From positions 23,188,001 through 23,252,000 of the forward strand of contig NC_043016.1 of NCBI RefSeq assembly GCF_006345805.1: a stretch of 64,000 nt of DNA. Reading direction: 5' to 3'. Every line of letters starts with the position of its first letter. Position 1 is the stretch's first letter. Shown here piece after piece: positions 26,196-38,815 of this stretch. The notes below the pieces were generated by a model. That model made no database searches. It was not told the DNA's origin and saw nothing but the letters and a program-made list of their open reading frames with translations. This stretch comes from Octopus sinensis (lineage: Eukaryota). The position numbers and the translations under genes are program-made.

Positions 26196-28757
26196 CCGCT
26201 CTCTCATTAAAATAACATCTATTCCACAAGATTTCTTCTTGGTATGTGTATACAAGAGCAACAAATTAAGGGATACAACTTCATTATTATAGAAGACCAA
26301 CAACAAATATCAGATACAAAAAGGAACAAATACACAATCTAATACTTTTTATGCTGTATTAACTCATATCTTACATCTCTCTCATTAATCAAATGCCCAA
26401 TGACCTCAGAGAGAGTGAATGTGCTACAAGTTTATACCATATGATTAATTAACTAATAATATATTATATATATGTCTCTTTTAAATTGATTGAAACTTTG
26501 CTTATCTCAAGTTAGTTAATTTAAGATATTAATCACTCAGTCAAAATGGACAGGGTAATTAGACCTGACATTCTTAATGACCATTATTCCTGACATTAAT
26601 CCTAACAAACTAGAATTTTTGTTACTACATTTTAGACCTAATCTTGTAAACATTATATAAAATGTTGCAACATTTGAAAAACATTTTTCAAGCTATTTTA
26701 AATCTTTATATAAAACCACTCAATGAATTGTATGAATAGACACTATCCAAATTCAAAAGTTCAATGAAAACATGAATTTCTATGATTTGTATTAGTTCAC
26801 GATTGCAGCTGTAACCCTTTTGATACCAGCTCACCTCACCTCCTATTTTAAAATGATCTAAAATAAACCATCTTACTTCAGAATTTCTTGTCGATTTATG
26901 TTCCAAATACCAGCTTAATGATGATAAAGGTATTTTGCTAAACCCATCATTATTCTCAACCATTTCTTTCCCTATGGACTTCTTTGATTCCTAATTTATT
27001 CTGATGGACTCTCACAGCCGTTCTATATTTTTAAAAAATGCTATTATATTTTTATAATTAAATATTATTAAGTATTGTATTTAAAAATTGTTAAAATATT
27101 TTGTATAATCTGTAAATTCTATTTTTAATAAATTATAATTTAAAATTTTCTTTTTTTTGATTTATAGCATGACTTTCATAATTCTTTCTAACTTTTGGTA
27201 CAAAAACCGGCAAATTTGAAGAGGTGGTTGAGAGGAAGCTTTATTATATCAACCCCAGTACTTGACTGACATTTTATTGATCCTCAATAAATGAGTTGGT
27301 AGAAGTGCCACCAAGCATTTTGTCCACTGTGCTGATTCTGCTAGTTCTGCCTGTTCACTGCCTTAATAATAATAATAATAATAAAGAGTTTTATAATTAA
27401 TAACTAATGTAAATTGAAAACTGAAATTATTTGGATTAAAATGAAACAAATAGGTTTAATATTTTCAATGTAAACTATAAATAATAATAATGTATGATGT
27501 GTGTATACAGACAAATAGTAACAGTTGAACAGCAGGAAATGTCAACTTGAGTTATAAAAACAGTTATGTCCCTTGCACTATCGTCTGGTAGCATATCAAG
27601 AATTGTTGTTGATAGGTATGTCTCTTTTAAATGGAATACATTTAGGACTCGCTTTATCACAAGATACCTAACCCGTACAAACATATCTCCAATATTTCAC
27701 AATGCTACTACAACACCATCTTAACTGTACAGTCCAGGCACATTCAGAGCACAACAACAACATTCATTCTGAAAACAGACATATGATGAAAGTCTTGTTT
27801 GTTGCTCTACCTACTAGAAATAACATCCAAATCTTCCTCAAATCACATCTTACAATCTTAAAAATGGAAGTACATATTAGTTAATGTAGTTCTGCAAAGA
27901 GATGAGTTGGACATGGTTGGAATGCTTCATGTCATAGGTCTGTTTCATAAAAACCAACCTGTGTATAAACAAAGTAAAAAAACAAAACCAACATTATTAT
28001 AGCCATGAACTTAAGAATATAATCTATTCATTTCAGCCCAGACCCATACAACCCAAAACACTATTGTTAAGATGGCAGGGTATGATTTGAAGAAGATTTG
28101 ACTGCTGTTTCAAACAGATTGAGTGAGCATAAGGACACATTCACTGCAGTTCATATATTTAACACAATTAATTTACAATTTACCTTTTATTTGTTTCTGT
28201 CATAGGACTGTGACCATGTTGGAGCACTGCCTTCAAGGACTTTACTCAAACAAATCAACCTCAGGAGTTTTTTTTTTTTTTTGGTCAAGCCTGATACTTA
28301 TTCTCTCTGTCTCTTTTGCTGAACAATGAAGTCACAGAGATGTAAGGAAACTAACACCAGTTGTCAAGTGATAGGATGTGTGACAAACACAGACAGAAAG
28401 GCACACTTATATAAACACACACACACACACACACACGTGCATATATGATGAGCTTCCACACAGTTTCCATTTGCCATATTCAATCACAAGGCATTGGTTA
28501 GCCCAGAACTATAGTAAAAGACACTTAGCCAAGGTGCCATATACTGGAACTGACTGTTGATGTATTAAAAAAATATATCCACAAGGCAACATTAAAATAT
28601 ACAACAGACTAAATAGAAAAAGTACCAAGGTTGTCTCATAAGAACTTACAGCTGTCCACTACATTATATGTTACAACCTCCTCTACTTTCTCATCAAATG
28701 TTTTAATCAGAATGCTTCTAAACCTCTGACTGTTTGATGGATCTTTGAGTTTCCATA

Positions 28758-28802
<45 letters not shown>

Positions 28803-28805
28803 GTA

Positions 28806-29640
28806 TCAATATTATCCAAAACCTTCCCATACTACATAAGGACCTTAAGCTGTATGAAATTCTACGCACCCATAAAATTATTAAAAGCAACAAACAACCC
28901 AAACCACTAAAACAGATACTCACAAATGCAAAACTATACTAAAAAATATTGTGAGTAAGAGTTAAAAAATGTGGATGACCGAACTGTGGAACATGTCCCA
29001 ACATAATGGAAGGCTCAGAATTCCATTTTAAGCAAGGATAAAAATTTAAAATTAAAACTGACTTCACTTGCACCTCTGAAAATCTCATTTTCTGGCTGCA
29101 GTAGGAACTATATAGGTTCAACAGGAATGTCCCTAAGATGTAGCTACACTACACAGACAACAAATCTACCAAGCCCAATACCATTAAATACCACTCAATG
29201 GTCACATAGACAAATGTGCTAAGGAATGCCAACCATAATTTACAATATTTCCACTATACCAATGCATGGAAAAAAACACAACTAAGCAACAACTAAATAA
29301 AGAGGTCACATTTATTGAAAAATATAAACCAGAACTTAACATGAATATATAATGGAATTCACAAATGAAAAACCAACCAGAAAAAAGATTTACCTCCCCT
29401 TAGCTAAGAACTATTATATCCACTGATTATCCCTTTAGCTAAATACATTATATTCACTGATTTGAGCTATACTCTCCTGTATAACCACAAAACTAGATCA
29501 TACCTGCTTCTACGCAAGATTAAATCAAAAGCTTATAATGATTTCATGACACTGAGTCATGATTAGCAAAGCGATACTGGTCGACTCAGCACATATTAAA
29601 ATAGATTAAATAATCTTTATCTACACATGTGCCTTTTCAC
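28806..29640 (+). mobile_element. Penelope-like element 3' part: RT C-terminus, GIY-YIG endonuclease and 3' tail
   Basis: Decayed translation NLPILHKD...KQPKPLKQILTNAK / KCG*PNCGTCPNIMEG...FTCTSENLI / GCSRNYIGSTGMSLRC / LNGHIDKC...EVTFIEKYKPELN, with a stop at 29350-29352. Confidence 0.8.
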
Positions 29641-29664
29641 CTTAAATTTTAACTTATATATATA

Positions 29665-32390
29665 CATTATCATCATTTAACGTCCGTTTTCCATATGCTA
29701 TATGCTGGGATGGGTTGGACAGTTTGAGTAGGGTCTGGCAAGTCAGGAGGCCACACTAGGCTCCAATCTGATCTGGCAGTGTTTCTACAGCTGAATGTCC
29801 TTCCTAACGCCAACCACCCCAAGAGTGTAGTGGGTGCTTTTTATGTGCCACTGGCTAGGGAGCTAGTCAGGTGGCACTGGCAATGACCCATGCATGCATG
29901 GTGCTTATTGCATGCTAGTCAGGCAGCACTGGCATCAGCCAAAACTACAATTTCCATTTGATTGTGATTTGATTTGATTTTGATTTTTGATTTTACTTGA
30001 CTCAATATGTCTCCTGAAGCATGGAATGTCGCCTGATGATTCAAAGGTACTTTTTAATGGGCTGGTTATGCGACAATGGTGTAGGCTATGGCTGTGATCT
30101 CACTTTACTTGCCAGTTCTTTTTAATCACAGTGTATCTCCAGAGGTCACAGTCTTTTGTTATTGCCTCTGTGAGGCCCAACATTCGAAGGTCATGCTTCA
30201 CCATCTCATCCCATGTCTTCCTCTACCACAGGTTCCTTCCACTGTTAGAGAGTGACACTTCTTCACAGAGCTCTCTTCATCCGTATGCAGCACATGATCA
30301 TACCCGCTCAGTTGCATCTCTTGCACACCACATCTGATGCTACTTATGTCCAAGATTTCTCACAGGGTGCTTACACTCTGTTGTGTGTGCACAGACATTA
30401 CACATCCAGCGGATCATACTAGCTTCATTTCTTTCAAGCCTACGCATGTCTTCAGCAGTCAGGGCGCATGTTTCACTGCTGTGTAGCATGGCAGTTTGCA
30501 CACATGCATCATACAATCTACCTTTCACTCTGGGCGAGAGGCTCTTTGTCACCAGGAGAGGTAGGAGCTTTCTGAACTTTGCCCAGGCTATTCTTATTCT
30601 AGTGGCAATGCTCTCCGAGCATCAGCCCCCCACACTACAGACTTGGTCACTTAGGTAGTGAAAGCTATCAACTACTTCTAGTTTCTCCCATGGCATGTGA
30701 TGGAATCAGTTTTCTGAGCATCTGTGGTGTTTATTGCCTCTGTGCATCCGCCGCACATGAAAGCTCTCTTCCTGGTTAACCTTCCTTTGGTGTTGCTGCA
30801 TCTCATGTCCATAGCTTACACTGGATACATCTTATAGAGTTTCTACCTACACCATTTCTACAGATTGAGCAGGGCCATCTACCTGAAGGGGTTTGGGATT
30901 TGTTTGCCTTCCTACTTAATAGGACTTTGGTTTTTGCAACATTGACTCCAAGGCCCTTCAATTTTAAACCTTGTTTCCATACCTGAAGTTTCTACTCTAG
31001 TTCTGGTAGTGATTCTACTATGAGAGCAAGGTCATCAGCATAGAGGAGCTCCCAGGGGCAACCTGTCTTGAATTCCTCTGTTATTGCCTGGAGGACTATA
31101 ATGAATAAGAGGGGGGGGGGCCGAGGACTGATCCTTGGTGAACCCCTACTTCTACCTGGAATTCTTCACAATGCTCATTGCTGACCCTTACCTTACTAAC
31201 GGTACCCCTGTAAAACTCTTATTAGCCATTCGTCAATCCCCAGTTTGTACATCACACACCAGATAAGAGATTGGGAGACCCTGTCAAAGGCTTTCTACAA
31301 GTCAACAAAAGCCAAGTATAAGGGTTTATCTTTGGCTAGGTATTTCCCCTGCAGTTGCCATACCAGGAATATAGCATCAGTGGTGCTTCTACCTAGCATA
31401 AAACTGAACTGCATCCCATCTAAGCAGACTCTCTCCCTAATTAGTTGGGCTATGACCCTCTCTGTGACATTCATCACCTGATCCAGCAGTTTGATACCCC
31501 TGCAGTTATTTCTATCTAAAGCATCACCTTTACCTTTGTAGCAGTTGACTGTAGTGCTATATAGAAGCCTATAGATATATACAAGTACCTCATGTTCATC
31601 TACCTATTACTTCAATCCACTTGAATAATAAAGGTAGAATGAGGTATTTTATCTATTGGCTGAAACAGCTGTAAGTTATTTTTCCCAATTTATATTCATG
31701 TTTTTTATAATAATTACTGGTATTCTTATATATTACACCAGTCATTGGGTATGACTCCTTTGTGAACCACCTAGTTTACAATACGGGTGACTAGGCCATG
31801 ACCCACACCTCAGGATATTTTAAGCATCTCAGCAGTGATTCCTGATGGGCTGGGGGCTTTTCCTGACTTCATATCCTTAATTGCTTTATCTACCAGGGTA
31901 CTGTCTATTTGAGTAGCTGGACCTTCTACTGGGTCAACATTTTCCACATACAGCAGCCCTTTATAATGGCTTCTCCAAGCCTCTTTCTTTGCAGAACCAT
32001 TAAAAGCAAGTGCACCATCAACCATGCAGACACATTTCTCTCCTGTGACATCACAATTTTCTCTCACACACTGTCTTGCAATCTGAAATACTTCAATTCT
32101 TTGGACCTCTTGTCACTGAACATTGGCAAACTTCTTATCTGCTTCTCCCTTGGCTATGTATACCTGTCTCCCAGTCTCCCTTCTGGCTATCTGGTACAAG
32201 TTCCCTGATACTCCCACTCTTCCAGGGTTTCCAGGCCTGTTTCTTTGCTCTAATGGCCTTGTCTACTATATTATTCCACTATCACATTACTCTAGGTTTG
32301 GAAGGGACTTTGCACAAGCTGAAGATTTGGTCTGTAGCACTCAGTAAGCTGTCCCATAGGAATTTCCAGTTACCCACTATGTCCCGACAA
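29665..32390 (-). mobile_element. 5'-truncated RTE LINE with decayed reverse transcriptase
   Basis: QF(S)FMLGRSTTDAIF...LYLAFVDL (31295-31477); YADD at 31031-31042; C-terminal KGRLYDACV...RNEASM; (GAT)n tail. Many stops and frameshifts. Confidence 0.92.
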
Positions 32391-33000
32391 AGCCTATAGA
32401 TATATACAAGTACCTCATGTTCATCTACCTATTACTTCAATCCACTTGAGTAATAAAGGTAGAATGAGGTATTTTATCTATTGGCTGAAACAGCTGTAAG
32501 TTATTTTCCCAATTTATATTCATGTTTTTAATAATAATTACTGGTATTCTTATATATTACTATATTTTATATCTTATTATTATATGTAAAGAATAATGTT
32601 ATATGTATGTATATTATTGTAATTATCAGTTTAGTAAATAAATAGGTTAATATAATATAATGTCTAAAAGTTGATGAACCACCTATTGATCTCCTCCATT
32701 TTCTTATTGCTATATATATATATATATATATATACCGGAGTAAACACATAAATGTGAAACAAGGCGGAAAAAAGACTTGTGCAGATTCTAGCAAAAACTG
32801 TCCGATGAACGGCAACGGGAAACTCAGAGTAACAGGTTTTGTTGAATTTTCTGCTGCTTTAAATAAAGTATATTTCAATAGCAATAGGAAGTGCATGTTG
32901 TGCCTGGTTGAGAAGAGAGCAATTTTAAAGAGTGCCCAACATCCAGATATTTACCTGAATATCCTTGCTCACATGAAAGGAAGTACATCCTATCGTACCT
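32390..33000. mobile_element. Penelope-like tail fragments in inverted arrangement around (TA)n
   Basis: 32870-32990 encodes NSNRKCMLCLVEKRAILK, a GIY-YIG C-terminal-like segment; hammerhead-like motif at 32794-32840. Confidence 0.6.
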
Positions 33001-33424
33001 GCATACTCCATCATGATTGCAACGACAGGTTCCCAGTCTCAACCTTCTCCCAATACACTCAGTGCTTTTTACATGGCACTAGCACAGGCAAGGTTAATTT
33101 TGGCTTGATTTTTACAACCGAATGCCTTTCCAAAATGCCAACCACTTTACAGTGTGGATTGGACGTTTTTTACATGGCACCAGCACAGGCAGGATCATCA
33201 AGAAACTTGCAAGATAAGGAATTTTAAGGCAAGGGCATTTGAAGAGAGGAACTTGTGTCAGATGATGAAAAGTTAGGGTCTGACACAGAGACAGAGAGGC
33301 AAAAACAAGTGTCTTGGTATACTGGAGGGGTCATTGGGAGTGATCCAGTGTCAAATGATGGAAAGTTAGAGCATGACAGAGAAATAAAGTGGCAGAAACA
33401 GGTCTCTTGCTATAGAGGAGGTGT

Positions 33425-33427
<3 letters not shown>

Positions 33428-33496
<69 letters not shown>

Positions 33497-33519
33497 GAGA
33501 GAGAGAGGGAGAGAGAGAT
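33428..33519. repeat. (GA)n microsatellite within an RTE-related 3'UTR fragment (33100-33960)
   Basis: Seen directly. Confidence 0.9.
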
Positions 33520-34079
33520 ACAAGAAAGAGGACAGAAACAGATATGCTGATGTAAGGAGATACTTGGTTACCTAGTCAGTGGGAAAAGCAAAAAGGAGAG
33601 AGAGAGTGATCAAGTATGAGGTCAGAAACAGGTTTGCTGCTGTAGAGGAGATATATGGCTACCCAGCCAGAGGGAAGAGAAAGAGAGAGAGAGAGAGAGG
33701 GAGGGAGAGAGAGAGAGAGAGCAGGAGAGAGATGGTGGTGAAGTGCCAGGGTATACTCACAAGTAACAAGGATCAGAGCATAAATGTAATGGTAGAGTAA
33801 GGAAGAGACAGGTATGGAGTTCATAATATACGCGGTCAGGCATTGCCAAGAAGGTGCAAGTAGGGAGTGGGGACTGCAGTGACTGGTGAAGACTTGGGTA
33901 TAAAAATGGGGTGAGGGAAAGCAGCAATACAGTGAGCAGGTCAGTGAGGGAAGGAAAGGGGACTGGAAGACAATCATATTTTATGAAGAGGAAATGTGAG
34001 GAAGAGAATGATGCAGTTTAGAAGAGGTGTTGTCCAGTTTCTTGGGGTAAAGTATGTTACATGTGGGTGAGACACAATG

Positions 34080-34572
34080 CTTCTAGCACTCAGTTTTGTT
34101 GACGTGGGTGGGTCTTCTCTAGAACCTCATATCGCTAAACATCTCAGTCCATTGTCATTTCCTCTGTGAGCCCTAACATCCTAAGATTGGTCCTTACCAT
34201 TTCATCTCATGTCTTCCACAAGTACTGTCAACTTTTAATGACAGGCACTTTTGTATACAACTCTTTAGCAAAACCATCACGTCCAAACCAACACATTCTT
34301 CTCTTCTGCATACCGCATTTAATTCCTCTTATACCTAACTTTTCTCTCAACACAGTTGTGCTTTGTCAGTCATACACACTGATGTTGCAAATCCAACAGA
34401 GCATACAGCTTTCATTCTTCTCCAGTCTACACATATCCTCTGCATTCAGAGCCCATGTCTCACTACCATGAAATATAGCTCTTCTCACACAAGCATCATA
34501 CAATCTACCTTTCACAGAGAGAGTCCTTTTGTTGCCAACAGAGGTAGTTGCTCTCTGAACTTCCTCCATCAC
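34080..34572 (-). mobile_element. RTE LINE fragment
   Basis: KGRLYDACVRRAIFHGSETWALNAEDMCRLEKNES (ORF 34366-34572). Confidence 0.85.
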
Positions 34573-34619
34573 ATGTTTTTAATAATACATATATATATAT
34601 ATATATATGTTTGTATGGC

Positions 34620-35015
34620 CAGTACCGCATCGACTGGCCTCCGTGCTGTGGGCACGTAACAAACACCATCTGATTGTGGCCGTTCGCCAGCCTCATCTGG
34701 CACCTGTGTCGGTGGCACATAAAAACACCATCTGAGCGTGGCCGTCTGCCAGCCTCGTCTGGCACCTGTGTCGGTGGCACATAAAAAACACCATCCGAGC
34801 GTGGCCGTTCGCCAGCCTCGTCTGGCACCTGTGTTGGTGGCACATAAAATCACCCACTACACTCTCGGAGTGGTTGGCGTTAGGAAGGGCATCCAGCTGT
34901 AGAAACACTGCCAGATCTGACTGGCCTGGTGCAGCCTTCGGGCTCCCCAGACCCCAGTTGAACCGTCCAACCCATGCTAGCATGGAAAGCGGACGTTAAA
35001 TGATGATGATGATGA
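34620..35015 (+). mobile_element. Young RTE 3' tail with 62-63 bp tandem units
   Basis: Three units at 34676-34850, the conserved tail block and (GAT)n. Confidence 0.85.
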
Positions 35016-36924
35016 TGAAAACATAAATCCGGAGAAGAAGCACACTCTAAGACATAGAGCAGATTATATTTAAATGGGCAGAGCCAGTTTATGGGATTGC
35101 TGTGGGCTTCCTGTCCATAAAGGGTTTAGCTGTATGGACGGGAAACCCGTGGTAATCCCATAAACTAGCCTTCCCTATTAAATATATATATATATGTGTG
35201 TGTGTGTGTGTCCCCTAATCCTGACACCATAAGATAGTTATAAATGAGCATCGAAATCATACAAGTGGTGTCATTTGTGTCACATCTTTCATGAAGAACA
35301 TATCTTAGCCATGGGGAAATATTTCCTTGCTTGAAGGTTCATAATAGGAACAGCATCCACCACCAGAACATTTACCTCAATGAATTCTGTCTAACCCATG
35401 CATGCATGGAAAAGTGGACTTTGAATTGCTGAAGATGATGAATACTAGTCATTGAGCTACTGTTATCTTCCTCACTGAGTAATTATTTTGAAGTAGGTAT
35501 TAAATGCTCACTATAACTTAGTTGATGGTTTTTCTTGCAAATGGCGTCCCTGAGTATTCAACCTAGGTTGCATTATTTTAATTTTTAAATAGCTAATTTT
35601 TCTCACCTACTGATGTAGTATTTTTGTAGTACTTTAATCAATGAGTTATCTATCAAATATGGTGAGGTCTAATAAGACTGGATCAGAACTGCAGCTGTTT
35701 ACTAATATTTGATAAAATGATAAAAATAGTAATAGTCATTGAGCTAATGATACGTTTAACACTCTTTGAATATGTATTTTGAGATGAGCTGACTTATTAT
35801 TTAAGAAACATGTCTTTCCCCGGCTACTAAAACAATTAGGTCATGATGGCCTATATATGGGGATTAAAATTGAAAGACTTCTACTGGTGGTTTAATATTC
35901 ACCAGGCTCGTGAGACTCACCCTTTTTGAACAAAAATGTCCTAAGGAGGTAAGTAAAATTCTTAGACTTGTGTAGATAGCGAAGTGTAACAGCCTTGTCA
36001 ACAATGAAAAAGTAAAATTAATTTTTATTAGCATAAAATCTTAAATATTATAAGAAAAATGAGATAAATCACTACTACTGTTAAATTATTTCTGTAATAT
36101 CATTGCAATTTGGAAAATGGAAATTATTTCATTGGACAGGCAAGAAAATTTTAAAGTCTGGAACCTATTCTATCAGTTACCTTTGCCAAACCACTAAGTT
36201 ATTGGGTTGTAAACAAAGACCACACACACGAATGCAGTGGGACTGAACCCTAAAATATGTAGCTGGAAGCAAGGTTCTTACCACACAGCAAAACCTGAGC
36301 CTTTCAGTTAGGCAGGCATTAGTATGGATTAGAAAATAATTTGTTTGCTGATTTCTATAAACACAAGCTGTAATTCTTGCTTAGATTCATTGATTTAGAG
36401 GTAGCTCTGACTGAAGTGACAAAAAAAAAAAAAAAAAAAAAACTAGGTTGAAACATTGTGGTATCATAAAAGTCCTATTAACACTAATGAATCAAATCTG
36501 TTCTGAACACACATTCGTCTGAAAAAGGAAAGTGTTCTCCAAAGATAAAATACAACAACAGTCAGCAAATTCACATTTTAATTTAACAGAACATATTAAT
36601 GAATATGTATATCATGTTTCTTATTCTCACTGTTCCTCATGTATATGATAAATTACTAATAAAAAAAAAAATTGCAGTTTGTGACCTAATGGTGCTTGTG
36701 TGGCTGTGCGGTAAGAAGCTTGCTTTAAACTACATGGTTCAATCCCACTGCATGGCACTTTGGGCAAATGTCTTCTCATAAAAGCCCCAGGCTGATCAAA
36801 GCTTTATGAGTGGATTTGGTAGATGGAAACTGTAAGAAGCCTAGCATATATATATATATATAAAATGTACTGATCTGTGATAGAAAATTCAATAAAAAAA
36901 GTACTCCATACATATATGTATGTA

Positions 36925-37735
36925 TGTATCATCATCATTGAACATCTGTTGTCCATGCCGACATGTGTTGGACGTTGGCTGGCATGCTGGAAGGGTGCAC
37001 CAGACTCCAGTCTGATTTGGTATGGTTTTCTACAGCTGGGTGCCCTTCCTAATGCCAACCACTCTAAGAGTGTAATGGGTGCTTTTACATGCTACCGACA
37101 TGGGTGCCATTTGCATGACACCATGGTGCGTTTACATACCAATTTGCTCGACACAAGTATCTGCCACAACATAATGCCAAAGGTCTCGGTTATTGCCTCT
37201 GTGAGGCCCAACACTTGAAAGTAACTCAGCCACTTTACCTCCGTGAGACCCAATGCTTGAAAGGAACTCAGCCACTTTGTCTCCATGAGGCCCAATGTTC
37301 AAAAGATGTTCTCTATGTGCCACCAGCACTGGTGCACTTGGCTTGATGGGTCCTCTCAAGCACAGCACATCACCAAAGGTCTTGGTCACCAGTCATTGTC
37401 TCAGTGAGGCTCAAATTTTGAAGGTCATGCTTCACCACCTTGTCCCATATTTTCCTGGGTCTATCTCTACTACAGGTTTCCTCCACAGTTAGAGATTGGC
37501 ACTTCTTTACACAGCTGTCTTCATCCATACACATCACATACCAGTGCAGTCATCTCTCTTGCACACCACATCTGATTCCTCTTATGCCTAACTTTTCTCT
37601 CAAGATGCTTAGATTCTGTTGAACATGCACATCTAGCGAAGCATACTAGTTTCATTTTCTTTCAAGTCTATGCATGTCCTCGGCTGTCATGGCCCATGTT
37701 TCACTATCATGCAGCATAGCACACAGGCATCAAAC
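36925..37735 (-). mobile_element. RTE LINE 3' fragment
   Basis: Homologous to 630-1300. Confidence 0.8.
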
Positions 37736-38667
37736 AATCTGAACCCGGAACCATGTGATTGGGAAGCAAGCATCTTACCACACGCTTATAAATGATTTGT
37801 ATACCTTTTTATCTTCTTTTCAATGATTTGTTTCAATCATTGGACTGCAACCATACTGGGAAACTACCTTAGAAGGTTTAGTCAAACAAATCAATCCCAA
37901 TACTTATATTTTTTAAGCCTGGTATTTATTCTATTGGTCTTTTGGGGATGTAAATAAACCAACACTAGTTGTCAAGCAGAGGGTGAGAGACACAGCATAA
38001 CACACACATACATAAGACAAGCTTCTTTCAGTTTCATCTACAAAATCCACTCACAAGGTTTTGGTTGGCCTGGAGCTATACTAGAAGACACCCAAGGTGC
38101 TACGTAGCAGGAGTGAACCAATTCATTCAATATTGGTTTTGTTGAGACTGTTGGTACCTCTCACTTACAATGCATTCTTTACATTTTATCAGAGAAAAAA
38201 ATTTTTACTCTGTGTCATCTAGGATGCCTCTATGTAGCTCCTTGACTCGATAGAAATAGTAACTTTACATCCATTTAACTGTGATCTCATAGGTGAGGTG
38301 GTGTAGTTGTGGAAGCAAATATCTTTAACGGTAGATGCTGTTCCTACCTTCTTCCACTAAACAGACATCTATGCAGTAGCAAACAAGTAATTATTTGTCA
38401 GTCAGGAAAACTGGAGAAACCAGAGTTAGGTATCTAGTTAAAGAATACAGCAAGCACTGATATCAACTGACAAGATCTGAACATAGAACTATGTGATCAA
38501 TAGTCAAAAACCTTAACATTACAGCTGATTCTGCTTCAATATGTGTGTGTGTGAAGCAACAAAAAACTTCACAAATATTTTGGGGAAAAATAAAAAATAT
38601 AAAATAAAAAAGACTACCAAGTTAAAAAGGTAACATGGAATGATGAACAAAACTGTTCATTTATGTA

Positions 38668-38673
38668 TTTATT
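38668..38673 (-). promoter_or_regulatory. Candidate OCIAD1 polyadenylation signal AATAAA
   Basis: TTTATT on +, about 140 nt downstream of the OCIAD1 stop codon. Confidence 0.45.
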
Positions 38674-38815
38674 ATACCAAAACAAATTCCAGTCAGTCCA
38701 ATAACCAAGAGGGGAATTATTTCCATCCTTTTACAGAAAACCCCTTTAACTTGAAATTCAAGCACAACTAATCTAGCAATGCAAAGAAACAATTTGCTCA
38801 CTGTATTAAAGGAAA

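Noticed and set aside
33255-33977. E/R-rich and S/L-rich ORFs (also 55208-55669)
   Set aside because: (GA)n microsatellite translations.
34505-34983. Regular 62-63 bp repeats as a CRISPR-like array or repeat protein
   Set aside because: Units are contiguous with no unique spacers, there are no cas genes, and they lie in an RTE tail in a eukaryotic context.
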